The notes under the pieces were generated by a model, which did not search any database, was not told the DNA's origin, and was given only the letters and a program-made list of their open reading frames with translations. 64,000 bases of DNA, taken from Deltaproteobacteria bacterium. Its GTDB lineage: Bacteria > Myxococcota_A > Polyangia > JACPQR01. Positions within the stretch are counted from its first letter, which is position 1. Each line of letters starts with the position of its first letter. Of the stretch, positions 17,701-29,327 are shown one piece after another. The DNA lies in contig JACPQR010000213.1 in NCBI GenBank assembly GCA_016190375.1, forward strand, positions 3,340 through 67,339. Reading direction: 5' to 3'. Both the position numbers and the translations under genes were made by a program.

Positions 17701-18506
17701 CCTCCAGAACGCGAGCCCTGACGGTCGTCCTCGCGGCGACCACGGTCTTCAGCGCGACGGCGAGCGCCAACGAGCTGCGGCTCGATCCGGTAACGGACTC
17801 GGTCACGATCGCGACCGGCGCACTGTTCACGCTCTCCATCGAAGCGCTGTCCAGGGGCAAGGAGCTGCGTCCCCAGGAGCCCGGAGACGAGGACGACCTC
17901 TTCTTCCTGGACCGATCCGTGGTTCGCGGGTCGAGCGCCGACCTCACCGGCGACCGCTTCCTCTCGGACGCGCTCTACGTCGCCGCGTTCGCCGCGGGCA
18001 TCTTCAAGCCGGTCCTCACGGGGCTCGAGGAAGGCGCGGAACAGGGCTGGATCGACCTCGCCCTGTACGCGGAGTCGGCCGCGATCAACGGCGCGATCAC
18101 CGAGCTCGTGAAGATCGCGGTGCGCCGGCCTCGACCCATCGCCTACATCCGGGTGAGGGAAGGGACCTACGATCCGGAGACGAACACCGCCCTCTCCTTC
18201 TGGTCGGGCCACACGTCCTCGGTCGCCGCGATCGGCGCGACGATGACCTACCTCGAGTTCTACCGGAACCGCTGCACCGCTCGTCCGTGGATCTCGCTGG
18301 CCGCCTGGGCCCTCGCCACGGCCGTCACGGGCGTCGCGCGGGTCACCTCGCGCAATCACTTCATCACCGACGTGATCGCGGGCGCGGCTTTCGGGACGGG
18401 CGTGGGGCTCCTGGTCCCGCACCTGCATCGCCGCGCCTCGCGCATCCGGCCGACCGCGGCCGTTCTCGATCGCGGCGCCACGCTGGGAGTCGCGGGCGAG
18501 CTGTGA
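17697..18506 (+). CDS. PAP2 superfamily phosphatase (membrane)
   Basis: Signal peptide. KIAVRRPRP, SFWSGHTS and SRNHFITDV correspond to PAP2 motifs 1-3. ATG overlaps the DedA stop (ATGA). Confidence 0.8.
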   Translation: MTSRTRALTVVLAATTVFSATASANELRLDPVTDSVTIATGALFTLSIEALSRGKELRPQEPGDEDDLFFLDRSVVRGSSADLTGDRFLSDALYVAAFAAGIFKPVLTGLEEGAEQGWIDLALYAESAAINGAITELVKIAVRRPRPIAYIRVREGTYDPETNTALSFWSGHTSSVAAIGATMTYLEFYRNRCTARPWISLAAWALATAVTGVARVTSRNHFITDVIAGAAFGTGVGLLVPHLHRRASRIRPTAAVLDRGATLGVAGEL

Positions 18507-18507
18507 C

Positions 18508-19242
18508 ATGCGCGGCGAGCGTCTCGACGAGGCGTTGGTGCGCCTCGGCCTCGCGCCTTCGCGAGAGCGGGCGCGGGCGCTGATCCTGGCCGGCAAGGTG
18601 CTGATCGACGCGTCCGTCGCCGACAAGCCTGGCACGCGAGTGCCCGTCGGCGCCTCGGTCGAGCTGCTCGTGCCCGATCACCCGTTCGTCTCGCGCGGCG
18701 GCGTCAAGCTCGAAGGAGCCCTCGAGGCCTTCGGGATCGATCCGCAGGGCGCCGTCTGCGCCGACATCGGCGCGTCGACCGGGGGCTTCACGCACGTCCT
18801 CCTCAAGCGGGGTGCGCGCAGGGTGTTCGCGGTCGATGTCGGCTACGGCCAGCTCGCCGACAGCCTGCGCCGCGACCCGCGTGTGGTGCCGATGGAGCGA
18901 ACCAACGTCCGCTACCTCGCACCCGGCGCGTTCGACGAGCCGCCGTCGCTGGTCGTGATCGACGTCTCGTTCATCAGCGTCTCGAAGATCCTGCCCGCGC
19001 TCGTGCCGCTCTCTGCCCCCGGCGCCACGTTCGTCGTGCTTGTCAAGCCGCAGTTCGAGGTCGGTCGCGAGAAGGTCGGCAAGGGCGGCGTGGTCCGCGA
19101 CGACGCGCTGCGCATGGCCGCCGTCGACTCCGTCTCGGCCGCCGCCCGCGCGCTCGGGCTCGTGGAGGTGAGCCGCGCCGACAGCGTACTGCCCGGACCC
19201 AAGGGCAACCGCGAGGTCTTCCTTCACCTCCGGCGGGTCTGA
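18508..19242 (+). CDS. tlyA: TlyA family rRNA (cytidine-2'-O)-methyltransferase / hemolysin A
   Basis: S4 domain N-terminus (RLDEALVRLGLAPSRERARALILAGKVL), FtsJ-like GASTGGFTHVLLKRGARRVFAVDVGYGQL, K-D-K motif. Confidence 0.9.
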   Translation: MRGERLDEALVRLGLAPSRERARALILAGKVLIDASVADKPGTRVPVGASVELLVPDHPFVSRGGVKLEGALEAFGIDPQGAVCADIGASTGGFTHVLLKRGARRVFAVDVGYGQLADSLRRDPRVVPMERTNVRYLAPGAFDEPPSLVVIDVSFISVSKILPALVPLSAPGATFVVLVKPQFEVGREKVGKGGVVRDDALRMAAVDSVSAAARALGLVEVSRADSVLPGPKGNREVFLHLRRV

Positions 19243-19718
19243 TCGCCTCGCACCCAGGCCCCGGACTTGCCACCACGCTTGGAGACGAGGGCCAGCGAAT
19301 CGATGGTGACGCTCCTCTCGATCGCCTTGACCATGTCGTAGACGGTGAGGGCCGCCACCGAGGCGGCGACGAGCGCTTCCATCTCGACGCCGGTCCGGTC
19401 CGTGGCGCGAGCGACGGTCTCGATCCCGAGCACGCCGGTCTCGGGCGAGGGCTCGAACCTCACCTCGCAGGAGGACAGCGCGATCGCGTGACACAGGGGA
19501 ATCAGCTCGGGCGTTCGCTTGGCCGCCTGGATGCCCGCGATCCGCGCCACCGCGAGGACGTCGCCTTTCGGGACCTCTCCCGAGGTGATGGCACCGAGCG
19601 TCGCGGGCGTCATCCGCACGAGGACGCGGGCCCGCGCCTCGCGCGCCGTCACGGCCTTCGAGGCGACGTCGACCATCCGGGCCTCGCCGCGGGCGTTCGT
19701 GTGGGTCAGTCTGGCCAT
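19224..19718 (-). CDS. moaC: cyclic pyranopterin monophosphate synthase MoaC
   Basis: MARLTHTNARGEARMVDVS...GDVLAVARIAGIQAAKRTPELIPLCH..GVEMEALVAASVAALTVYDM matches MoaC across its length. Start moved to M5. Confidence 0.9.
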   Translation of the reverse strand: MARLTHTNARGEARMVDVASKAVTAREARARVLVRMTPATLGAITSGEVPKGDVLAVARIAGIQAAKRTPELIPLCHAIALSSCEVRFEPSPETGVLGIETVARATDRTGVEMEALVAASVAALTVYDMVKAIERSVTIDSLALVSKRGGKSGAWVRGDQTRRR

Positions 19719-19747
19719 CGAACGGACCATATGCTAGACGCCTGGCC

Positions 19748-20674
19748 ATGCGGAAGATCGTGATCATCGGTGCGGGTCCGGCCGGGCTCACGGCCGCGAT
19801 CTACGCGGCGCGGGCGAACATGGCCCCCCTGTGCATCGAGGGCGTCGCGGCAGGCGGCCAGCTCATGACCACGAGCGACATCGAGAACTACCCGGGCTTC
19901 CCCAGGCCGGTGACCGGGCCCGAGCTGATGCAGCTCTTCCGCGACCAGGCCTCGCGCTTCGGGACCGAGTTCATCACGGACGACGTGACGCGGGTCGATT
20001 TCACGCACTGGCCGTTCAAGGTGTGGATCGAGGATCGCTCGATCGACGCCGCGACCATCGTGATCTCGACCGGCGCCAGCGCCCGCTGGCTGGGAATAGA
20101 GTCCGAGCAGGCCTTGCGCTCGCACGGGGTCAGCGCCTGCGCCACCTGCGACGGCTTCTTCTTCCGCGGGCAGGACGTCGCGGTCGTGGGCGGAGGCGAC
20201 ACGGCGATGGAGGAGGCGCTGTACCTGTCGAAGCTCTGTTCGACGGTGACGGTGATCCACCGCCGCGACAAGCTCCGCGCGTCGAAGATCATGCAGGAAC
20301 GGGCGGCCGGAACGCCGAACATGAAGTTCGTGTGGAACAGCAAGGTGCTGCAGGTCGAGGACGTCGACCAGAAGACCGTCACCGGTGTCGTGGTCGAGGA
20401 CGTCGCCACCGGCGAGAAGAAGACCGTCGCGGTCCAGGGCCTCTTCGTCGCGATCGGTCACGAGCCGAACACGGCGCTGTTCCGCGGCCTTCTGGAGGTG
20501 GACGAGAACGGCTACCTGCGCACGAAGCCTGGGACGACTCAGACCAGCATCGCAGGCGTCTTCGCGTGCGGCGACGTCCAGGATCACGCCTACCGGCAGG
20601 CGGTCACCGCCGCGGGGACGGGCTGCATGGCCGCGCTCGAAGCGGAGCGCTGGCTCGGGGCGAAGGGCGTCTGA
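19748..20674 (+). CDS. trxB: thioredoxin-disulfide reductase
   Basis: FAD site IIGAGPAGLTAAIYAAR, redox CATCDG, NADPH site VAVVGGGDTAMEEALYL, GVFACGD. Confidence 0.95.
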   Translation: MRKIVIIGAGPAGLTAAIYAARANMAPLCIEGVAAGGQLMTTSDIENYPGFPRPVTGPELMQLFRDQASRFGTEFITDDVTRVDFTHWPFKVWIEDRSIDAATIVISTGASARWLGIESEQALRSHGVSACATCDGFFFRGQDVAVVGGGDTAMEEALYLSKLCSTVTVIHRRDKLRASKIMQERAAGTPNMKFVWNSKVLQVEDVDQKTVTGVVVEDVATGEKKTVAVQGLFVAIGHEPNTALFRGLLEVDENGYLRTKPGTTQTSIAGVFACGDVQDHAYRQAVTAAGTGCMAALEAERWLGAKGV

Positions 20675-20677
20675 GCC

Positions 20678-21142
20678 TTGAGCGATCGCGCCAAGGCCCT
20701 CGCCGGCATCAACATCTTCTCCGGGCTCGGCGAGCCGGCCCTGGAGCAGCTCGCGAGCATCGCCAGCGAGGAGGCCCACAAGCTGGGCGGGTTCGTGTTC
20801 CACGAGGGCAGCCCGGGCGATGGGCTCTACCTGATCCTGTCGGGCAAGGTGCGGATCAGCCGCGAGGTCGCGGGGATGGGCGAGGAGGCCCTGGCGATCC
20901 TCCAGGCCGGCGAGACCTTCGGCGAGATGTCGATCATCGACGGATCGCCGCGATCGGCCGACGCCCGCGTCCACGAGAGCTGCATGCTCCTGGTGATCAA
21001 GAAGGCGGACATGGAGGACCTGCTCTTCCTCCACAAGGACCTCGCGTACGAGATCCTCTGGAGCTGGGTGAGGACCCTGTCGAGCCGGCTTCGCGAGACG
21101 AACGACAAGATGACGTTCCTCTCCGTGTCGGGGAAGTTTTGA
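20678..21142 (+). CDS. stand-alone cyclic-nucleotide-binding (cNMP/CAP effector) domain protein, TTG start
   Basis: LGGFVFHEGSPGDGLYLILSGKVRIS...GETFGEMSIIDGSPRSADARV shows the canonical beta-roll and phosphate-binding cassette (GE..GE...RSA). 154 aa with no output domain. Confidence 0.75.
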   Translation: MSDRAKALAGINIFSGLGEPALEQLASIASEEAHKLGGFVFHEGSPGDGLYLILSGKVRISREVAGMGEEALAILQAGETFGEMSIIDGSPRSADARVHESCMLLVIKKADMEDLLFLHKDLAYEILWSWVRTLSSRLRETNDKMTFLSVSGKF

Positions 21143-22158
21143 GCTTCGCGCTCGGCCTCGGCCTGACGAACGAGTGCAACCTCTCCTGCCCGCACTGCTA
21201 CCGCGCTCCGGAGCGGCTGGAGCGGCTCGAGCTGGGTGAGGTGCGCCGCGTGTGCGAGGCGGTCCCGCTGCGCTCGGTCAACCTCGGAACGGGCGAGAAC
21301 GGCCTGCACCCCGGCCTCCGCTCGGTCCTCGGATATCTGCGCGACAGGAGCATCCCGACGAGCATCAGCTCGAACGGGCTGACGATCGAGCTCCTCTCCG
21401 ACGAGGAGCTCCGTGCGCTTCGCGAGGTCGAGGTCTCGATCGACTTCCCTGACGAAGAGCGGCAGGACGAGTGGCGCGGACGAGGAAGCTTCGGGACCGC
21501 GCTCGCGGCGCTCGAACGGGTGCGCCGGCTCGGAATCGACGCCTCGATCGTCGCCGTGATGATGCGCGCGAACCACGACCGCCTCGCCCCGATCGCGCAC
21601 CTCGCCGCGCGGTACGGCGCAACCCTTCGCGTCAACGTCTACGTCCCTGTCCGGACCGCGGTCTACGCGCCGACCTACGCCGAGCACTGGGCGGCCTGGC
21701 GGATGCTCCTCGCCGAGACCTCCCTCGTGGCCTGCACCGAGCCGATCCTCGGCGTCGTGCTGGGCCGCCCCGTCTCGACCGGGTGCGGACGATCGACGTT
21801 GCGCGTGACGCCCGCCGGCCGCGTGCTGCCCTGCGTCTACTGGCCCGAGGCCGGGGCCGCAATCGACGTCCTCGAGACGCAGGGCGCCCGCATCCTCGAG
21901 CATCCGGCGTTCCGCGACAGCCACCAGATCCCCCGCGCCTGCACGGGCTGCAACTTCGTCGACGCCTGCCGCGGCGGCTGCGCCAGCAGGCGCCTGCTCG
22001 CCGGCCGCCTCGACCAACCCGACGAGTACTGCCCGGTCGCCCGTGGCGACCACCTCCAGCTCCCCTGCACCCTCGCTCCACCCCGCCAGCCCCTCAAGTC
22101 CTCGAGCGCCTGCACGACCATCCTGACGGGGACACGCACTACCCCCGCAACCCACTGA
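21139..22158 (+). CDS. radical SAM enzyme with C-terminal SPASM domain (peptide/protein-maturase class); TTG start overlapping upstream stop (TTGA)
   Basis: CNLSCPHCY (CxxxCxxC) at residues 14-21. SPASM Cys array C..x..CTGCNFVDACRGGC (Cx2Cx5Cx3C) plus a distal Cys. Confidence 0.8.
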   Translation: MSFALGLGLTNECNLSCPHCYRAPERLERLELGEVRRVCEAVPLRSVNLGTGENGLHPGLRSVLGYLRDRSIPTSISSNGLTIELLSDEELRALREVEVSIDFPDEERQDEWRGRGSFGTALAALERVRRLGIDASIVAVMMRANHDRLAPIAHLAARYGATLRVNVYVPVRTAVYAPTYAEHWAAWRMLLAETSLVACTEPILGVVLGRPVSTGCGRSTLRVTPAGRVLPCVYWPEAGAAIDVLETQGARILEHPAFRDSHQIPRACTGCNFVDACRGGCASRRLLAGRLDQPDEYCPVARGDHLQLPCTLAPPRQPLKSSSACTTILTGTRTTPATH

Positions 22159-22258
22159 GATCACGTTCGATTCAAGGCATACCGCGCGTTTCGTGAAGGC
22201 CGCCGCGGAATCGCCGACACGGGCCGCTCGTTCCATGCTCATACCCCGCATGTCGCCG

Positions 22259-23197
22259 ATGGCTCGATTCAAGAACGTCTTCGATTCCCCGCCGGTCCCC
22301 GGCGTCAAGCAGCTCCTGAAGTGGACCGTGGTCGATTCGGTCAGCGGGCGGAGGAGACGGGCTCCGCGAAGGGCGCCCGTGCCCGTCGTCGCCAACGACG
22401 GACGTCGCCTCCGCGAGGCAGTGGGCCTCGAGGCAGCGACGTGGGTCGGCCACGCGACGTTCCTGATCCAGACCGGCGGGCTCGCGATCCTGACGGACCC
22501 CATCTTCTCGACTCGCATCGCGACCATTCGGCGGAACGTGCCGCCTGGTCTGCGCATCGAGGACCTTCCGGCGATCGACGTGATCTTGATCTCGCACAAC
22601 CATCGCGATCACCTCGATCTCCCCACGCTGCGCCGCCTCGGCCCACGGCCCCTCGCGCTCGTGCCCTCCGGCGTTGGCCGCACGATGCGCAGGGCCGGGC
22701 TCGAGCGCGTCATCGAGCTCGAGTGGTGGCAGTCCCACGACGTCGCCGACGTTCGATTCACGTTCGTCCCGTCACATCACTGGTCGGGGCGAAGCATCGC
22801 CGATCGCAACGCCTCGCTCTGGGGCGGATGGGGGATCCTCTCGCCGCGTCGCCGGCTCTACTTCGCCGGCGACACCGGCTACTTCCCTGGGTTCCGCGAG
22901 ATCGGCGAGCGCCTCGGCCCGCTCGACGCCGCGCTCCTACCGGTCGGATCGTACGACCCGCGCTGGTTCATGCGAGCGCAGCACATGGATCCGTCCGATG
23001 CCGTACGGGCCTTCGTCGACCTCGGCGCCGACCGGCTGATCGCGATGCACTGGGGGACCTTCAAGCTCACCGACGAGCCGCTCGACGAGCCCCCTCGGCT
23101 CCTCGACGAGGAGCGCCGGCGCGCAAACCTCGATCCCCGTCACATCGTGGTCCCCGCGATTGGACAGACCATCGAGCTCGGAGCTCCTGCGGGCTGA
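22259..23197 (+). CDS. MBL-fold metallo-hydrolase (NAPE-PLD-like)
   Basis: HATFLIQTGG..ILTDPIF, ISHNHRDHLD (HxHxDH), later His/Asp ligands. Start uncertain: alternatives are GTG 22193 and ATG 22235. Confidence 0.75.
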   Translation: MARFKNVFDSPPVPGVKQLLKWTVVDSVSGRRRRAPRRAPVPVVANDGRRLREAVGLEAATWVGHATFLIQTGGLAILTDPIFSTRIATIRRNVPPGLRIEDLPAIDVILISHNHRDHLDLPTLRRLGPRPLALVPSGVGRTMRRAGLERVIELEWWQSHDVADVRFTFVPSHHWSGRSIADRNASLWGGWGILSPRRRLYFAGDTGYFPGFREIGERLGPLDAALLPVGSYDPRWFMRAQHMDPSDAVRAFVDLGADRLIAMHWGTFKLTDEPLDEPPRLLDEERRRANLDPRHIVVPAIGQTIELGAPAG

Positions 23198-23303
23198 ACC
23201 CCACAAGCGGAACCGCGCCGGCTCCCACGGGGCCGTCCATTCGCCGAGGATCCTGGCGAACGACCGCGGCACGTGGCTTGCTCGAACCTCGGTCGAGGTT
23301 CCG

Positions 23304-23837
23304 ATGCGTCCCTCGAGCCACCAGGACGACGTGACCAGGCGCGCCAGGGAATCACCTCCTGCCCGTCCGCCCTCGCTCATCCGTGCGCGAGCCCTCGCGG
23401 CCGTTCTGGAGAGGATCTGCCGCTTCCTTGCCGTCACGGAAGACAAGTGCGCCCTGCACGAGGCCGCGCGGCGCGCCGAGGCCCGACGGCTCGACCTGGC
23501 CAGCCCCACGCCGGAGGTGCGCGAGTTCGCGCGGATCGAGGCGCGCGGTCTGGCGGAGTTCGCCCCTTCGAGGCCGAGGACGAGGGCCGGCCGGTCCCGC
23601 GGGCGTGCGGAGCCCGAGTCCTTCCGCGTCGGGCGCCTCGTGGACGTGGGTGCCGGCGGTCTCGGTATCTCGACGGTGCACCCGCTCGAGGCCGGTGCCT
23701 CGACCCGCGTGCGCGTGACGGAGCCCTCGACGGGCCGCGTCTACGCCTTCGGATGCGTCGTGGTCTGGAGCCGGACGGGCGACGAGTCCGCCATGGGCGT
23801 GCGCTTCGTGGGTCCGGCCGCGCTACTCGAAGACTGA
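23304..23837 (+). CDS. PilZ domain protein (putative c-di-GMP receptor)
   Basis: C-terminal FRVGRLVDVGAGGLGISTVHPLEAGASTRVRVTEP..GCVVVWSR..MGVRFV fits the PilZ beta-barrel pattern. Start could instead be 23160. Confidence 0.5.
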   Translation: MRPSSHQDDVTRRARESPPARPPSLIRARALAAVLERICRFLAVTEDKCALHEAARRAEARRLDLASPTPEVREFARIEARGLAEFAPSRPRTRAGRSRGRAEPESFRVGRLVDVGAGGLGISTVHPLEAGASTRVRVTEPSTGRVYAFGCVVVWSRTGDESAMGVRFVGPAALLED

Positions 23838-23845
23838 GGTAGCGA

Positions 23846-24376
23846 CTACTCGCTGACCTCGCAGGCATCGAGCGACAGGCTCGCCGACAGCCCGACCGTT
23901 CCGGCCGACGCCGAACCGTCCTGGACGGCCAGGCCCTGACAGTCGAGACCGATGTCGACCGACCCGGCGTACTCGTCGTACCCGCCGAAGACGACCGTAC
24001 AGCTCCCCGCCAGATCCTCGAAGGCCGCCCCGGACGCCTCCGCCGACACGGTGGCCGTCCCCGGCTCGACCGCCGGCTCGATGGGCGAGACGATCCCGAA
24101 CGCCTCGAGCCCGAACGGATCCGGCTCGGTCCGCTCGATCCAGAGCGAGAGGGTGTCGCCCTCGGGCGCACGCTGGATCTTGCACGCCCCGGTGAACGGT
24201 CCCGCGTCGAGGAGAGTGTCCTCGGGAAACACGAAGCCGGTCTGACCGGTCTGGGCCCCGTCCGAGCGAGTCATGTTGACGGTGCCCGACAGGATCGTCC
24301 CGTCGTGCTCGGCCGTGCACGCCACCATTCGCAACGCCGCGACCGCGACCAGGAGGAGATGCTGGAGCTTCTGCAT
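23846..24376 (-). CDS. lipoprotein, hypothetical
   Basis: MQKLQHLLLVAVAALRMVACTAEHDG lipobox. D/E/T/F-rich mature part. Confidence 0.55.
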   Translation of the reverse strand: MQKLQHLLLVAVAALRMVACTAEHDGTILSGTVNMTRSDGAQTGQTGFVFPEDTLLDAGPFTGACKIQRAPEGDTLSLWIERTEPDPFGLEAFGIVSPIEPAVEPGTATVSAEASGAAFEDLAGSCTVVFGGYDEYAGSVDIGLDCQGLAVQDGSASAGTVGLSASLSLDACEVSE

Positions 24377-24466
24377 TACCCTCGTAGGAGCAACCGCCGT
24401 GCCCGCGTTTTCCACGAGTTTCCCGCCTCCCGCACGCTGACGGCCGTTCACGCCGTCAAGCATGGT

Positions 24467-25288
24467 TCACAGATCGGGGATCATCCAGTTGTCCCCCCAG
24501 AGGCTCGCGCCGCCGTCGATGTAGAAGGTGATCCCGGTCACGAAGTCGGCGGCACTGGAGCCCAGGAAGCAGATCGCGTGCGCGACCTCGTCCACGGTCC
24601 CTATCCGCTTCAGCGGCGTCCTGCGGCGACCCGCCTCGATCAGCTCGGGCGGGTACTTGTCCGTGCCGCTCGACTTGATGACACCCGGGGCTATCGCCAC
24701 CGCGCGGATGCCGAACTGCGCCCATTCCACCGCGAGGGTCCGCGTCATGTTCTCGACGCCGGCGCGCGCTGCACCGGTGTGCACCATCCCCGGGAAGCCG
24801 CGCGCGATGTTGGCGATCACGTTGACGATCCGCCCTCGCCTCACGGGGATCATCGCCCGCGTCGCCACCGCCTGGGTCACGTACCAGGTGCCGGACAAGT
24901 TGTTCCGGATGACGGCATCCCATCCCTTGGGCTTTAGCGACTCGGCCGTCGTCGGGAATTGCCCGCCCGCATTGTTCACGAGGAGGTCCACGCGACCGAA
25001 GCGCGACAGGCTCTCGCCCACGAGCGCTTCGACCTGTTCGACCTCGCGGATGTCACAGACCACCGCGAGGCACTCCGCCCCCGTCTCGCGGATCCGGCCG
25101 GCCGCCTCCTCGAGGACCTCCGCACGACGACCGGCGATCACGACACGAGCCCCGAGCGACCCGAGCTCGAGCGCCGTGCCGAGGCCGATGCCCGTTCCTC
25201 CTCCCGTGACGATCGCCACCTCGCCCGCGAACAGCCCGGCCTTGAAGGGAGACTCCACGAGACCGCGACTGTAGCACGCCGATCCCAA
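24467..25288 (-). CDS. SDR family short-chain dehydrogenase/reductase (trans-2-enoyl-CoA reductase-like)
   Basis: TGGGTGIGLG Rossmann motif, NNAG, catalytic tetrad region. 273 aa. Confidence 0.85.
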   Translation of the reverse strand: MGSACYSRGLVESPFKAGLFAGEVAIVTGGGTGIGLGTALELGSLGARVVIAGRRAEVLEEAAGRIRETGAECLAVVCDIREVEQVEALVGESLSRFGRVDLLVNNAGGQFPTTAESLKPKGWDAVIRNNLSGTWYVTQAVATRAMIPVRRGRIVNVIANIARGFPGMVHTGAARAGVENMTRTLAVEWAQFGIRAVAIAPGVIKSSGTDKYPPELIEAGRRRTPLKRIGTVDEVAHAICFLGSSAADFVTGITFYIDGGASLWGDNWMIPDL

Positions 25289-25292
25289 CCGA

Positions 25293-27887
<2,595 letters not shown>

Positions 27888-27917
27888 GCCCGGAAGCTAA
27901 TCACACATGGCCCTCCG

Positions 27918-28775
27918 TCAACGGCAGCGGAATCGTGCGAGGAGGGCGGCCCCGAACACGAGGGCCAGGAGCCCGATTCCGCCGACCCTGCCCGAGCGGG
28001 GGACCGGGGCGGCCCCGCACCCTCCGTCGAGGACGGTCTCCGGACAGACCCTCTGATCCCAGTCGTTGACCATCGTGCACTCGCCCGCCGTGTACGTCTC
28101 GCAGAGGATCTCCACGTCGTCCTGCGCCAGCTCCCTCCGGGTCGCCGCGTCGCCCCAGCTCGCGTAGGGCCACATCACGGCCGACTCGATCTGGGTGTGG
28201 TTGAAGCCGATCATGTGGCCGACCTCGTGAGTCAGGACGCTCTGAAGGTCGAAGGCCATGGAGCCAGGGATCGGATCGAGGACGAACTCGTGGTCGGCGC
28301 CGTTCAGGTCGATGTCCGCGTCGAGGATCTCGCCCGCGGCGCGGCGCGTGACGACCGTCGTGCAGGCGATGGCGTCCTGGCATTCGGTCCCGTCCCAGTC
28401 CTCGTAGCGGAAGATGATCGAGTTCTTCCCGTTGATGTCCTCGGAGGTCATGTTCGAGCCGCGGTCGGCGGTGAACCCCGCGAAGTAGAACTGCATGTCG
28501 GTGCAGGGCTGCGAAGCCCAGGCGGAGAAGGACCGCCCGGCGGCATCCCGGATGCTCTCGCCGTCCAGGAGCGCGCCGGGCCCGACGTTCAGCCCCGACG
28601 AACCGGTCGTCTGGATGTTGTAATAGACGAATCTGTTCGGCCAGTAGTACCAGAGGCTCTGGTGAACCTCGCTGCGCAGGTGCTCCCCCGCGAGTACCGG
28701 CGGCGCCACGACGGTGAGGACCGCCGTCACCAGCGGCAGGGCGACCGCCACGCCTTTCAGGTGTTCCCGGAACAT
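27918..28775 (-). CDS. secreted M10 (matrixin-like) zinc metalloprotease with MYXO-CTERM sorting tail
   Basis: Signal peptide. HEVGHMIGFNHT (HExxHxxGxxH). C-terminal GGCGAAPVPRSGRVGGIGLLALVFGAALLARFRCR (Cys-rich + TM + basic) fits MYXO-CTERM. Confidence 0.75.
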   Translation of the reverse strand: MFREHLKGVAVALPLVTAVLTVVAPPVLAGEHLRSEVHQSLWYYWPNRFVYYNIQTTGSSGLNVGPGALLDGESIRDAAGRSFSAWASQPCTDMQFYFAGFTADRGSNMTSEDINGKNSIIFRYEDWDGTECQDAIACTTVVTRRAAGEILDADIDLNGADHEFVLDPIPGSMAFDLQSVLTHEVGHMIGFNHTQIESAVMWPYASWGDAATRRELAQDDVEILCETYTAGECTMVNDWDQRVCPETVLDGGCGAAPVPRSGRVGGIGLLALVFGAALLARFRCR

Positions 28776-28883
28776 CGCGAACAGCGTATCAGCAAGTGCC
28801 GTACCGGCGTAGGGCCCCCCCGTGGCCGGCGTCCGGCTACCGACAATCGGGACGGCCGGTACCCTGGCCGGCTCGGGCGCCTG

Positions 28884-29327
28884 TCAGAACTGACACTTGC
28901 CAGCCGTGTACTGGCAGGCGACGTCGCAGTCCTCGGCCCAGCGGTCCGGCGCGGACATGCAAACGCAGACCGCGCGGAGCCCGTCGACCGGCACGGGCTC
29001 CAGGGTGGAGCCGATGAGGATCCGGCTGTCGTCGTCGATGGCGCCCGGGGGCTCGCTGAACCCCTCGGCCAGCACCTGGAGGTCCGCCCCGGACTCGACG
29101 ACGTCGGTGGTCACGAAGCCGTCGACCTCGTCGACCTCGACGGACTGCGACACCACCGTTCCGTCCTCGACCTGCGAGTACGTCATTCGCAGGCTCCGCA
29201 CTCCGGCGAGGAACCCCGTCTCGTTGGCGATCGGAGGCGCGGGACACAGCGCGACCTGGAACGTGTCGCCCGAGCAACCGGCGAGAGCGACGAGGACCGC
29301 GAGCCTCGTCAAGGCTGCCGCTCCCAT
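28884..29327 (-). CDS. lipoprotein, hypothetical (Cys-rich C-terminus)
   Basis: MGAAALTRLAVLVALAGCSG lipobox. Protein-like composition (D/E/V/Q/T/F). It is the last 147 aa of a longer noisy ORF. Confidence 0.5.
   Translation of the reverse strand: MGAAALTRLAVLVALAGCSGDTFQVALCPAPPIANETGFLAGVRSLRMTYSQVEDGTVVSQSVEVDEVDGFVTTDVVESGADLQVLAEGFSEPPGAIDDDSRILIGSTLEPVPVDGLRAVCVCMSAPDRWAEDCDVACQYTAGKCQF

Noticed and set aside
16080-18506. 808-aa plus-strand ORF
   Set aside because: Only the last 269 aa (PAP2) is real. The upstream part is antisense to the ArsR/methyltransferase genes and out of frame through dedA.
19831-22158. 775-aa plus-strand ORF
   Set aside because: Only the last 340 aa (rSAM-SPASM) is coding. 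The N-terminal part is an alternative frame of trxB and the cNMP gene.
22159-22270. tRNA-like TTCGATTC T-loop motifs (cgttcgattcaagg, ggctcgattcaag)
   Set aside because: No flanking complementary T-stem or acceptor stem could be formed. Probably chance.
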